NCBI GenBank assembly: GCA_963674595.2 | Contig: CAXXFV010000016.1 | Span: 576,001-640,000 of the forward strand | Direction of reading: 5' to 3' | Length of the DNA: 64,000 nt | Origin: a bacterium | Lineage (GTDB): Bacteria; Zhuqueibacterota; Zhuqueibacteria; Residuimicrobiales; Krinioviventaceae | Shown: one piece after another, positions 1 to 9,625 of the stretch | Layout of the letters: each line of letters begins with the position of its first letter | How positions within the stretch are numbered: the first letter of the stretch is position 1 | Program-made: the position numbers and the translations under genes | Notes under the pieces: generated by a model | Seen by the model: the letters and a program-made list of their open reading frames with translations, nothing else | Told to the model about the DNA's origin: nothing | Database searches by the model: none

Positions 1-60
1 TATGGATATTATTAATTTCATGCAATGTGTTGTAAAATTAAAAAATTATTCATGTTCATC

Positions 61-89
61 TTGACAATGAAAAGTCTGTGCAATATTTT
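61..89 (+). promoter_or_regulatory. sigma-70-type promoter candidate
   Basis: TTGACA (61-66), 17-nt spacer, TATTTT (84-89); GGAG Shine-Dalgarno before ATG 131. Confidence 0.55.
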
Positions 90-130
90 ATAAAAAAAAG
101 TTTACCGCTTAATCTCTGGAGAATGATCAT

Positions 131-1255
131 ATGGCCGAAAAAATGAATATTGACCGAAGAAAATTTTTAAAAGGTATGTTGGCAGGAACAACTGCCGGAG
201 TTTTATCAATTGAAAGTTGTCTGGCAGGAGACCAAACAGCAGAGAATAAAATATTAAATTATCAGTCTGAAATGCCCTACAGGCGTGTCGGCCAAACAGA
301 TGTTTATCTCTCTGTTATCAGTTTTGGCGGACTGGTATCCGAAGAAGCTGTTTACCACTATGGCATTGACCGCGGTGTCAATTTAATGCACATGTCTAAA
401 AGTTACAAAGGCGGCCGTTCTTTAGAGGTCTTGAGCAAGGTAATGAAATCCAAAAGGGACAAGGTTTATATCGCTTTTAAAGATAATTTTGATGACATTG
501 ATGAAATATTAAAAAAATTAAACACGGACCATATCGATTTTTTAATGTTTAACCGTCACAGTCCGGATGAAGTGATTGATGAAGAAAATCTGGAGCGTTT
601 TGAAAAATATAAAAAACAGGGCAAAGTCCGTTATATGGGACTGACGTCGCACAAAAATGTTAAAGAGTGCGTCAGGGCCGGAATTGATGCCGGGTACTAT
701 TCGCTTATCATGCCGGTTTTAAATCAGCCGGCCTTTGAAGCCATGTCCGAAGAATTAGCTGACGCTGAAAAGAAAAATGTCGGTATTATGGCAATGAAAT
801 CAATGAAGGGGATAGATGGCGCTGAACTGGAACATGCTCATTTGAAAAAAATTTTGGCAAACAAAGCAGTTACAACGGTGAACAAGGGAATCGGTTCTTT
901 TGACATGCTTGATGCTTATATGAAATCAGCCAATGAAGTATTGACTTCTTATCAGGACAGTCTACTGTACCACTATGCACAGCAAAATAAAACCCTGAAC
1001 TGTATGATGTGCGGTGAATGTGAAAAAGCCTGTCCGGAACAGGTAGAAATTTCGACTCAGCTCCGCTGTTATGATTATTATGAAAATCAGTTGCAAGACC
1101 GATATACCGCTGTTACTTCCATGCAGGCCATTCCTGTTTTGCAGCGCAGTGAAAACGTGTGCCGTTCCTGCAAAACCTGTGAGCAGGTATGCCCGAACGG
1201 TATTAAAATTATTGAAAAACTAAAAGCATCCAATTATTTGTTTCATTTGACATAA
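131..1255 (+). CDS. Aldo/keto reductase-fold oxidoreductase with Tat-like leader and C-terminal 2x[4Fe-4S] domain
   Basis: N-terminal DRRKFLK twin-arginine motif; AKR-type segments (MPYRRVG..LSVISFG, KKQGKVRYMGLTSH, GIMAMK); two CxxCxxCxxxCP motifs. Confidence 0.85.
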   Translation: MAEKMNIDRRKFLKGMLAGTTAGVLSIESCLAGDQTAENKILNYQSEMPYRRVGQTDVYLSVISFGGLVSEEAVYHYGIDRGVNLMHMSKSYKGGRSLEVLSKVMKSKRDKVYIAFKDNFDDIDEILKKLNTDHIDFLMFNRHSPDEVIDEENLERFEKYKKQGKVRYMGLTSHKNVKECVRAGIDAGYYSLIMPVLNQPAFEAMSEELADAEKKNVGIMAMKSMKGIDGAELEHAHLKKILANKAVTTVNKGIGSFDMLDAYMKSANEVLTSYQDSLLYHYAQQNKTLNCMMCGECEKACPEQVEISTQLRCYDYYENQLQDRYTAVTSMQAIPVLQRSENVCRSCKTCEQVCPNGIKIIEKLKASNYLFHLT

Positions 1256-1338
1256 AATAGTTGCGACATGGATTAAATCCGGCTTTGAATGTGTTAGCCT
1301 TTTAAACGTTTATCAATGATTTTAAAACGGGAGATAAA

Positions 1339-1914
1339 ATGGCAGAAACACCTTCAACTATGCTGGAACTGGATACAAAATTAATTGATTTCGAACTATT
1401 CGATTTTGATAATATAAAGTTTTCAACAAAACAACTTGATGGAAAACCGGTTTTAATTGTTTTTATATGCAACCATTGTCCATTTGTCAAACATATTATT
1501 AAAAAGTTTTCCGGGCTGGCCAAAGACTATCAGAAAAAGGGCGTGGCCATTGTCGCTATCAACTCGAATGATATTGAGGCCTATCCGCAAGATGCCCCGG
1601 ACAAGATGAAAATATTTGCCCGGCTTAATCAATTCAGTTTCCCCTATCTTTTGGATGAAACTCAGGAAATTGCCAAGCTGTTCAAAGCCGCCTGTACGCC
1701 GGATTTTTATCTTTTTAATAAAGACCATGAACTGGTTTACAGGGGGCAGTTTGATGACAGTCGGCCCGGAAATAATATCGAGGTAACAGGTTCCGATTTG
1801 ACCAGGGCAATTAATGATATGCTTGAAAACAAAAAAATTACTTTTGAGCAATATCCATCGGTGGGATGTAATATCAAATGGAAAACGGGAAATCAACCTG
1901 AATATTTTGGTTAA
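1339..1914 (+). CDS. Thioredoxin/AhpC-TSA family protein
   Basis: FICNHCPFV, AACTPDFYLF, YRGQFDDSRP and SVGCNIKW motifs. Confidence 0.9.
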   Translation: MAETPSTMLELDTKLIDFELFDFDNIKFSTKQLDGKPVLIVFICNHCPFVKHIIKKFSGLAKDYQKKGVAIVAINSNDIEAYPQDAPDKMKIFARLNQFSFPYLLDETQEIAKLFKAACTPDFYLFNKDHELVYRGQFDDSRPGNNIEVTGSDLTRAINDMLENKKITFEQYPSVGCNIKWKTGNQPEYFG

Positions 1915-1923
1915 AATATATAA

Positions 1924-2517
1924 TTATTCAGAGGGTATCATTTGCTTTGTTTGAAACCACAGTAATGTAATCAGTGATTTGGCATCGCAAATTTTGCCCT
2001 CCTGAATCATTTTATAAGATGTTGCATAGGGCAGTTCAATAAGCTTAATATCTTCCGACTCGTGGTCCAACCCGCCGCCGCTGTTTATCTGAACAGCGTT
2101 TTTTATATCGGCAATATAAAGGTATATTCGTTCCGACGTAGCCCCGGGACTGGGATATATTTTGGTGATATATTCCAGATATTCCTGAGCGACATCGTAG
2201 CCGGTTTCCTCTTCAATTTCACGAACGGCTGTTTCCAGAGCTGTGTGGTCTTTTTCCATGGCACCGGCAACCACTTCCATTGTCCAACCGTTTTCTTTTT
2301 CAACAGTATGAATGGGGTAACGAAATTGTTTTACAAACAGAAAAGTCTTTTTAATGGAATTATATAATAATATAGCAACCGCATCACCGCGATAAACATG
2401 TAATCGGGTTACTTGATCACTCAACTCTCCGTCGAATTTTTCAAATTTCAGGTCAACTTTTTCAAGATTTAAAAAACCGTTAAATAGTGTTTCTTTGTTT
2501 ATAATTTCTACTTTCAT
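1924..2517 (-). CDS. NUDIX hydrolase (ADP-ribose/NDP-sugar pyrophosphatase, NudF/NudK-like)
   Basis: Nudix box GAMEKDHTALETAVREIEEETGY; QFRYP; SPG; GGGLDHESEDI. Confidence 0.9.
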   Translation of the reverse strand: MKVEIINKETLFNGFLNLEKVDLKFEKFDGELSDQVTRLHVYRGDAVAILLYNSIKKTFLFVKQFRYPIHTVEKENGWTMEVVAGAMEKDHTALETAVREIEEETGYDVAQEYLEYITKIYPSPGATSERIYLYIADIKNAVQINSGGGLDHESEDIKLIELPYATSYKMIQEGKICDAKSLITLLWFQTKQMIPSE

Positions 2518-2542
2518 TATCGTCCTGTATTATTGAAATTAA

Positions 2543-4045
2543 TTACCAACCGACCGGGAATCCGGACAATTGGATGTTAAAAATTGGAACCGCAATTAAA
2601 AGGATAAAAATTGTAATAATGATAATACTCAGCAAATCCAGAATAAACCCTGCCTTGATCATTTTTGAAATGGGAACATAACCTGAACCAAAAACGATAG
2701 CATTGGGAGGTGTAGCCACTGGCAGCATGAACGCACAGGATGCCGCCAAAGTTGCCGGCAGCATCAGTAAAAAGGGATGAATATCTGCTGATCGCGAAAT
2801 AGCCGCCAGGACAGGTAAGGCCATTTGTGTTGTTGCTGTGTTGGAATTTAGTTCCGTCAAATAGGTCAGTATTGCTGAAATACCTGCAACTGTCGGTATG
2901 TTTGAAAGTGTGGACAAAAAACACATCTTTTCACCAATCCAGTTGGAAAGCCCGCTGCTGGCTAATCCGCCGGCCAGGGCAAAACCACCTCCAAACAATA
3001 AAAGAATGCCCCACGGCAGTTTAACCGCTGTTTTCCAGTCCATAAGCATTGAAGATTTTGAGCCGGATGGTATTAGAAAAAGCATAATACTCATAAAAAT
3101 AGCGACTGTTCCGTCATCTGCGCCCGGGAAATTGAGCAGCGTGCTCCAGCCTTTAATTGTAAAGCCGTCTCCAAATTCTATGTTTTTACGGAACATCCAT
3201 AACAATGCTGTTAATACAAAAACAACAAATTGTCTTTTTTCCGGCGTAGTCAAAGGCCCCAGGGCTTTTCGTTGCTTTTTAATAATGGATTTGTCTGCCA
3301 GTTGAAAGTCGGCTGAAACTGGAAATACCAGCCATGCCAATACAAACCAGCTTGTCAGTAAAAAGAACAGCACAAACGGAAGACCGAGAAACAGCCATTT
3401 CGCAAAACTGATCTCCGGTGCGTTTGGAAATTCCATTTGAAATATCTGCATAAAAACAACATTAGGCGGCGTGCCGATAAGCGTTCCGATGCCGCCGATG
3501 CTGGCCCCGTAGGCAATGCCAAGCATGACCAGTAAGGCAAAATTATCAGTAAATTTATTTGACTCTTTATAGTTATCCAGGCTTTGTTTGATAATGGATA
3601 TACCAATCGGCAGCATAACCATGGTGGCGGCTGTATTGGAAATCCACATGGATAAAAAGGCCGTCGCCAGCATAAAACCAAGAACAAGTCGTTTGGGGTT
3701 TTGCCCAATGTTGGATAGGATAAACAAAGCAATTCTTTTATGCAGGTTCCATTTTTCCATGGAAAGGGCAATGATGAACCCTCCCATAAATAAAAAGATA
3801 TAAGAGTTGAAATAAAATGCTGAAACCGTTTTCCCGTCCATAATACCCAATAACGGGAACAACGCAACCGGCAGCAGGGCCGTAACCGGCAGGGGAATGG
3901 CTTCGGTCATCCACCATATTGCAATAAGAATCGAAATGCCGGCTGTTCTGTAAAGCAATACATTGTTCGCATCTGACGGGATTAACAGGAAAAATACAAA
4001 AACCAGCAAGCCTGCAAATAGTCCGATTTTATTTTTACGATTCAT
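2543..4045 (-). CDS. SLC13/DASS family sodium:dicarboxylate/sulfate symporter
   Basis: SMWISNTA, GTLIGTPPN, SNTAT and AFMLPVATPPNAIVF signatures; many TM helices. Confidence 0.92.
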   Translation of the reverse strand: MNRKNKIGLFAGLLVFVFFLLIPSDANNVLLYRTAGISILIAIWWMTEAIPLPVTALLPVALFPLLGIMDGKTVSAFYFNSYIFLFMGGFIIALSMEKWNLHKRIALFILSNIGQNPKRLVLGFMLATAFLSMWISNTAATMVMLPIGISIIKQSLDNYKESNKFTDNFALLVMLGIAYGASIGGIGTLIGTPPNVVFMQIFQMEFPNAPEISFAKWLFLGLPFVLFFLLTSWFVLAWLVFPVSADFQLADKSIIKKQRKALGPLTTPEKRQFVVFVLTALLWMFRKNIEFGDGFTIKGWSTLLNFPGADDGTVAIFMSIMLFLIPSGSKSSMLMDWKTAVKLPWGILLLFGGGFALAGGLASSGLSNWIGEKMCFLSTLSNIPTVAGISAILTYLTELNSNTATTQMALPVLAAISRSADIHPFLLMLPATLAASCAFMLPVATPPNAIVFGSGYVPISKMIKAGFILDLLSIIIITIFILLIAVPIFNIQLSGFPVGW

Positions 4046-4167
4046 TTTTTCATCTTTTTTTTATACCGTTTTTTCAAATATAATTGTTCGTGTTTTGGAT
4101 TTCAAGTTAAATTTTGTTTTTTTATAAAGTTAAATTTAGATATTCGATAAAATAAAGGAAAAATAGC

Positions 4168-4196
4168 TTGACAAACCAGACTGAATTTTTTAAAAT
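4168..4196 (+). promoter_or_regulatory. sigma-70-type promoter candidate
   Basis: TTGACA (4168-4173), 17-nt spacer, TAAAAT (4191-4196) upstream of the nucleotidase gene. Confidence 0.65.
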
Positions 4197-4223
4197 TGGT
4201 AGTCTATAAACGCGGAGATTGGG

Positions 4224-5744
4224 TTGAAAAAGAAAATCAGATTTATTAATATTTATATATCCATGGTCCTTGTATTATCTCTGGCTTGTTCTCATGATAA
4301 TAAGGCCCGTGTTACAATTTTTCATACAAATGATATGCATGCACAATATTTACCTGTTCCGGCAATGTGGAGTCAAAAAGAACCAAAACCTATGATCGGT
4401 GGAATGGTTGCACTGGAAAAGACAATTACAAAATACAGGTCTTTATATTATCCATCAATTTTATTAGATGCAGGGGATATAATGACAGGAACCCCTATAT
4501 CCAATATAGAGTATAAAGGTGCAAATGGTGGTGCTTTTGTAGAAATGATGAACCTGATCGGTTATGATGCTTTTACGGTTGGGAATCACGAGTTTGATCA
4601 GGGTACGGATAATTTAAACCGGTTGTTGGACTTGGCGGACTTTGATGTTCTGTCTGCAAACCTGTATTCGAACCGGGAATTGTTTACCAAAAAGGCGTGG
4701 GCCGTTTACAATGTTACCGGCAAACGCATTGGCGTTATTGGTTTGTTAATGGAAAATCTGGCCGGTGTCGTTAACAAAAAAAACATACAAGGCCTTGAGG
4801 TTAAAAACCCGATAGAGGTTGCAGCAGATCTTGTGGAAAAACTTGATCCTGAAACAGATTTGTTAATTTTATTAACCCATCAGGGACTTGATGCTGACAT
4901 TGAATTGGCAAAAAATATAAAAAATGTTGATATCATTGTCGGCGGGCACAGTCACACCCGGTTAGATAAAGTAGTCAATATCAATGGCGTGCTGATTGTT
5001 CAGGCCGGTTCGGGCAGTCAGTTTTTGGGACGATTAACCGTTGATGTGGCTGGTGATTCTGTTGCATCCTATGAACATGAGTTAATACCTGTTTGGGCTG
5101 AAGAAAATATTAATAAAAAATTAAAAGTCAGCCGGATGGTAACGCATTATAAGAATATCATTGATAAACAATACAAACAAAAAATCGGCACCTTGTTGAC
5201 TGATTGGAAGAGAAGCAACTATGGAGAATCTAATCTTGGAAATTTTTTAACAGATGCGCTTCGGGAAAGATTTTACGGAGATTTTGCTGTTCTCAATGGC
5301 GGTGGGATTCGTAAAGATTTGCCTGCCGGTGCTATTACAAGGCTGGACATAAATGAGATGCTGCCTTTTTCAAATTATATCGTTTTGTTCAAATGTACCG
5401 GTCAACAACTTGTTCAACTGGTGCAAAAAAATGCGGATGCTTCTGTAGAAAAAAAATATAACATTCTTCAGGTTTCCGGATTGAGTTATAAATATCGTAA
5501 GACCAATAATGCGGCAACAATCCTGTCGCCGGAAATAAACGGTAAACCAATTCTACCGGATGCCGTATATACAGGTGTTGCTGTCGATTTTATTGTTCAT
5601 GATCAGGCAGAAAAATATTTCGGTTTTCAACCAAAAGAAATTACCGAAACAGGTGTATTATTATCAGATGTTATTATTGACTATATAAAATTAAGATCGA
5701 ACATTTCTTCAAAAGTTCTAGGACGAATAAGAAAAATTAAATAA
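4224..5744 (+). CDS. 5'-nucleotidase / UDP-sugar hydrolase (UshA-like) lipoprotein
   Basis: HTNDMH, DAGD, GNHEFD, LTHQG, GGHSH metallophosphoesterase motifs; C-terminal NGGGIR domain; lipobox LAC; TTG start with GGAG. Confidence 0.9.
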   Translation: MKKKIRFINIYISMVLVLSLACSHDNKARVTIFHTNDMHAQYLPVPAMWSQKEPKPMIGGMVALEKTITKYRSLYYPSILLDAGDIMTGTPISNIEYKGANGGAFVEMMNLIGYDAFTVGNHEFDQGTDNLNRLLDLADFDVLSANLYSNRELFTKKAWAVYNVTGKRIGVIGLLMENLAGVVNKKNIQGLEVKNPIEVAADLVEKLDPETDLLILLTHQGLDADIELAKNIKNVDIIVGGHSHTRLDKVVNINGVLIVQAGSGSQFLGRLTVDVAGDSVASYEHELIPVWAEENINKKLKVSRMVTHYKNIIDKQYKQKIGTLLTDWKRSNYGESNLGNFLTDALRERFYGDFAVLNGGGIRKDLPAGAITRLDINEMLPFSNYIVLFKCTGQQLVQLVQKNADASVEKKYNILQVSGLSYKYRKTNNAATILSPEINGKPILPDAVYTGVAVDFIVHDQAEKYFGFQPKEITETGVLLSDVIIDYIKLRSNISSKVLGRIRKIK

Positions 5745-5758
5745 TAAAAGGTGATAAA

Positions 5759-5989
5759 ATGCTGGCTGAAAGTGTAATAAAACCTCTGATCCGTGCTGGT
5801 GTCAAACCAAAATTGATTTGGGCCGTATGCCGGACCGGGCGATTGGTTATGGAAGAAAATAAAAATGATTTAACTCAGCAGGATGTTGATGAATGGAATT
5901 CGGCTTTAAAAGAATACCAGGAAAACTATCCAATGGATGATTGGGATATGAAAAATCTTGAAGAGATTATTGTTGAGGATAAATTTTAA
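5759..5989 (+). CDS. Small acidic hypothetical protein
   Basis: 76 aa ORF tightly packed between two co-oriented genes; AAGGTG SD-like site. Confidence 0.6.
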   Translation: MLAESVIKPLIRAGVKPKLIWAVCRTGRLVMEENKNDLTQQDVDEWNSALKEYQENYPMDDWDMKNLEEIIVEDKF

Positions 5990-6016
5990 TATCTAATTAA
6001 TGATGTGGAGTGTGTC

Positions 6017-7465
6017 ATGAAACAAAAATTGGATCTTTTGGAAATCGTTTGTCTTGGTCTTTTAATAGTTTGGATTATATCCTGCGCTGTTAATCCCGTC
6101 ACCGGTAAAAGAGATTTTATGTTGTTAACCGAGGCCGATGAAATTGCTTTGGGTGAACAAACAGACAAAGAAATAATACAGACCTATGGTCTTGTTCAGG
6201 ACTCTGAACTCGAAGCTTATGTTACGCGTTTGGGCAAGGAGATGGTCCCGCAGACACATCGCCCAAATTTAAATTACCAGTTTAAGGTTCTGGACACGCC
6301 GGTTATTAATGCTTTTGCAGTGCCGGGAGGATATGTTTATTTTACCCGGGGCATTTTAGCTTATCTGAATAATGAAGCGGAATTTGCCGGTGTACTTGGT
6401 CACGAATTGGGGCATGTTAATGCACGTCACTCCGCCATACAATACAGTCGGGCACAATTGGCCCAGGTTGGACTTGGGATTGGAGCGATTTTTTCCGAAG
6501 ATTTTCGAAAGTATGCCGGTTTGGCCCAATTTGGTGTCGGCCTCTTATTTATGCGGTTCAGTAGAGATAATGAGCGCCAGGCCGATGATTTGGGTGTAGA
6601 GTATTCCACCAAAGCCGGATATGATGCCAACTATATGGCCGAATTTTTTAATACCCTGGAACGAATGAATCCGGGTTCGGACCAAAGTGGTTTACCCGGA
6701 TGGTTTTCAACACATCCGAACCCTGTAGACCGTATTGCGGCCGTTAAACGTAAAACAGCAGAATTGCAAAAAGTTTATCCTAAAGATAAATTTGCCGTCA
6801 ACCGAAACGAATACCTTAATAATGTCAACGGCATTGTTTTTGGACAAGATCCAAGACAGGGATATGTGGAAGGCAATAGTTTTTACCATCCACAATTAAA
6901 AATTACTTTTTCCGTCCCCAGTAATTGGTCACTTAATAACACACCAGAACAGGTCCAAATGCTTTCCAAAGACCAGGACGCGGCGGTTTTGTTTTCTCTG
7001 GCAGAAGGCGCCACTCCTCTGGATGCCTCCAAAACATTTACACAAAATGCCAACGCACAAATAAAAACATCCGATGCGTTAAGCATTAACGGAATGCAGG
7101 CCCAGGCGGTTGTCAGTCTTGTTCCTTCGGATGGTGATACGCTGGAAGTTTTATCCTATTTTATTAAAAAAGACAATAATATCTTTGCTTTTCATGGATT
7201 CTGTAAGGAAAGTCAGTTTAAAACTTATAAATCTGTTTTAAATCAGCCAATGGCGGGATTTAAAAATTTAACCGATCCTAAAAAATTGAATGTCAAACCT
7301 GCCAATTTAAAACTGGGAACTGTGAAAAATAATACAACTGTGCAACAGGCGCTTTTAGGATTTGGAGTAGAGAAGGAAAAACTGGAAGAGATCGCTCTTA
7401 TGAACGGAATGTATTTAACCGACCAGGTGTCCAGTAATACATTGTTAAAATATGTTTCAAAATAA
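6017..7465 (+). CDS. M48-family zinc metallopeptidase lipoprotein with LysM-like C-terminus
   Basis: NAFAVPGG, HELGH, FSRDNERQAD and STHP motifs; lipobox ISC; ATG 6017 preceded by GGAG. Confidence 0.9.
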   Translation: MKQKLDLLEIVCLGLLIVWIISCAVNPVTGKRDFMLLTEADEIALGEQTDKEIIQTYGLVQDSELEAYVTRLGKEMVPQTHRPNLNYQFKVLDTPVINAFAVPGGYVYFTRGILAYLNNEAEFAGVLGHELGHVNARHSAIQYSRAQLAQVGLGIGAIFSEDFRKYAGLAQFGVGLLFMRFSRDNERQADDLGVEYSTKAGYDANYMAEFFNTLERMNPGSDQSGLPGWFSTHPNPVDRIAAVKRKTAELQKVYPKDKFAVNRNEYLNNVNGIVFGQDPRQGYVEGNSFYHPQLKITFSVPSNWSLNNTPEQVQMLSKDQDAAVLFSLAEGATPLDASKTFTQNANAQIKTSDALSINGMQAQAVVSLVPSDGDTLEVLSYFIKKDNNIFAFHGFCKESQFKTYKSVLNQPMAGFKNLTDPKKLNVKPANLKLGTVKNNTTVQQALLGFGVEKEKLEEIALMNGMYLTDQVSSNTLLKYVSK

Positions 7466-8276
7466 AATTTATCAGAAAAGTAAATGTGTGAAATCCAGAA
7501 TATATAAAATTACCTTGATTGTTTTTTTGACGTTGCACACCTATCTGCTGTTTCCAGGAATGTTTATTCTTTACAAAATGATGGGCAGTAGGATGTCTCC
7601 AGGTTGTAGGGCAAATGATTTCCATTTTTCCTTGTATGGTTTTTTGGCGATCATGGTTGTTTCATATATTGTAATTTTTCTGGCCATCAGGTTTGCTTTT
7701 TATTTTCCAAAATCAATTATGTTTAGAATAATAACCATCAGTGGTTATCTGATTTTAACGTATTTTTTATGTTCAAATTATGACAAAATTTATGGTTTTC
7801 ATGCCTGGTTTGAAAATACATTCACCACAGAAATGAAGGCTTATCGGGGACCATGTCTAGATTTTTGGAATAAACCTTATAATGATGAGATTAGCCAATT
7901 TTTATCGTTGCAAATATGGACAATGCACCCTGATTCTTATGAAAGATTAAGTACTGTATTCTCTGATTTAGATACTGATGATTGGGTGTTGACCACTATT
8001 GGTATGTTTAAGGAAAATAGTCATTGGGAGTCAAATCCTGTTTTTCTCGATAGTCGAGAGCATAATATCAAAAGATTAGAAGATTTTGACAAAAAAAAGC
8101 TAACCTATCTTGTAGGAAGGGAGATTAAAAATAAAAGTGTTGAGCGGCTTTTTAATGGAGAAGATAAGGTAAACTCAAGATTTATTAATTATATAATGGC
8201 TGATTCTACTTTAGATGATTCAAGTGAATTAAAAATACTTTATTCTATGATTGATTCTCTGATGGCTGCAAAATAA
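7452..8276 (+). CDS. Hypothetical membrane protein (about 3 N-terminal TM helices plus soluble domain)
   Basis: 274 aa ORF with hydrophobic N-terminal half; no recognised motif; start uncertain. Confidence 0.55.
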   Translation: MFQNKIYQKSKCVKSRIYKITLIVFLTLHTYLLFPGMFILYKMMGSRMSPGCRANDFHFSLYGFLAIMVVSYIVIFLAIRFAFYFPKSIMFRIITISGYLILTYFLCSNYDKIYGFHAWFENTFTTEMKAYRGPCLDFWNKPYNDEISQFLSLQIWTMHPDSYERLSTVFSDLDTDDWVLTTIGMFKENSHWESNPVFLDSREHNIKRLEDFDKKKLTYLVGREIKNKSVERLFNGEDKVNSRFINYIMADSTLDDSSELKILYSMIDSLMAAK

Positions 8277-8315
8277 ATTATGACATGTTAATCTGATTAT
8301 TTCAAATATTAATAA

Positions 8316-8346
8316 AAAAAGCCGCATCAACAAGATGCGGCTTTTT
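8316..8346. terminator. Bidirectional intrinsic terminator
   Basis: AAAAAGCCGCATC-AACAA-GATGCGGCTTTTT perfect hairpin flanked by A and T tracts between convergent genes. Confidence 0.9.
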
Positions 8347-8350
8347 ATTT

Positions 8351-8998
8351 TTAAAGTGACTTTTTACTAAAATACCAGTCTGTATAATCATATCCAAGGC
8401 TGGCCCGTTTCTCTGCGTCGGCCTGGGTTGTTGGAGGTGGAACAATAACTTTGTCACCTTCCTGCCAGTTTTCCGGTGTGGCAATACCATTTTTGTCTGA
8501 TGTCTGCAAGGCAACCAAAACACGATAGATTTCGTCAATACTGCGTCCGTTGGACAATGGATAATAAACCATTGCTCTCAAGATGCCTTTATCATCAATA
8601 ACAAAAACAGCGCGCACAGCCGATGTGTCGGCAGCGCCCGGATGGACCATGCCGTAAAGTTTGGCTACGTTCATATCCAGATCTGCAATAACCGGAAATG
8701 GTATTTCAACATCAAAATTATCTTTTATATTTCGAATCCATGCAATATGAGAATGAACACTGTCAATACTCAGACCAATGATTTCAGTATTTCGTTTTTT
8801 AAAATCATCAGATTTACGAGCAAAAGCCATAAACTCTGTTGTACAAACCGGTGTAAAATCGGCCGGATGTGAAAACAGGACAACCCATTTTCCTTTATAG
8901 TCAGATAAACTAATATCACCATGAGTTGTTTTGGCTTTAAATTGAGGTGCTGGTTCATTTAATCGAGGTAATGTTACTTGAATTTGTTCGTTTTCCAT
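8351..8998 (-). CDS. Peroxiredoxin, Prx6 (1-Cys) subfamily
   Basis: FSHPADFTPVCTTE, GLSIDS, YYPLSNGRS and TPENW motifs; single Cys. Confidence 0.93.
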   Translation of the reverse strand: MENEQIQVTLPRLNEPAPQFKAKTTHGDISLSDYKGKWVVLFSHPADFTPVCTTEFMAFARKSDDFKKRNTEIIGLSIDSVHSHIAWIRNIKDNFDVEIPFPVIADLDMNVAKLYGMVHPGAADTSAVRAVFVIDDKGILRAMVYYPLSNGRSIDEIYRVLVALQTSDKNGIATPENWQEGDKVIVPPPTTQADAEKRASLGYDYTDWYFSKKSL

Positions 8999-9075
8999 TT
9001 TTTCATCTCCTGTATTTGGTTTTAAATGTGCTTTTAAGATAAGATGTACTGATAATAATTTTGATTCAAAAAAAA

Positions 9076-9600
9076 TTAAAATTTCCCATCCATCCTAAAT
9101 TCAGCCTCGTCAAACCAAAACCCTGTTTGATTTAAATGATCATATTCTGCCTGCAACAAATTATAATGAAAAACTTCCTGTTCGCGTACAAAACTAAAAA
9201 TTTTCTTAACGTCCTCGTTTTCAGCCAGTTCAGAAGATTTTTCGAAAAAAGAGATGGCCTCTTTTTCCTGTTTCATGGCCAATCTAAGGGCGTTGAGTTC
9301 GTCTGTTGTTACTTTTGTCGCATCTTTGGCAGGTTGTTTTACACCAAATACAGGTACTTGTCTTGCTTGCGGATAGTCTTTTATAATATCTTGCCAGTTG
9401 TCAAGATTGTCCAAAGATTTTAACATCTTTTTAAATGTTGCAAGATGCAAGTTTTCTTCGTCCGCCAACATTTGAAAAATTTTCTTCCCTGATTCACTCT
9501 TTGTTGTAGTTGCCGCTTCCAGATAAAATTTGCGGCCATTCTTTTCCAGATCAATGGATGTTTTAATTGCTTCACCAATCGAATATTTTTTGTCCGGCAT
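9076..9600 (-). CDS. Ferritin-like / rubrerythrin-family di-iron protein (no rubredoxin domain)
   Basis: Two E..FY / EExH repeats (LEKNGRKFY..EENLH; QEKEAISFF..QEVFH); start set at the ATG after AGGAAGG. Confidence 0.85.
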   Translation of the reverse strand: MPDKKYSIGEAIKTSIDLEKNGRKFYLEAATTTKSESGKKIFQMLADEENLHLATFKKMLKSLDNLDNWQDIIKDYPQARQVPVFGVKQPAKDATKVTTDELNALRLAMKQEKEAISFFEKSSELAENEDVKKIFSFVREQEVFHYNLLQAEYDHLNQTGFWFDEAEFRMDGKF

Positions 9601-9625
9601 TGTCCTTCCTTTCAAAAAAGTGTGA

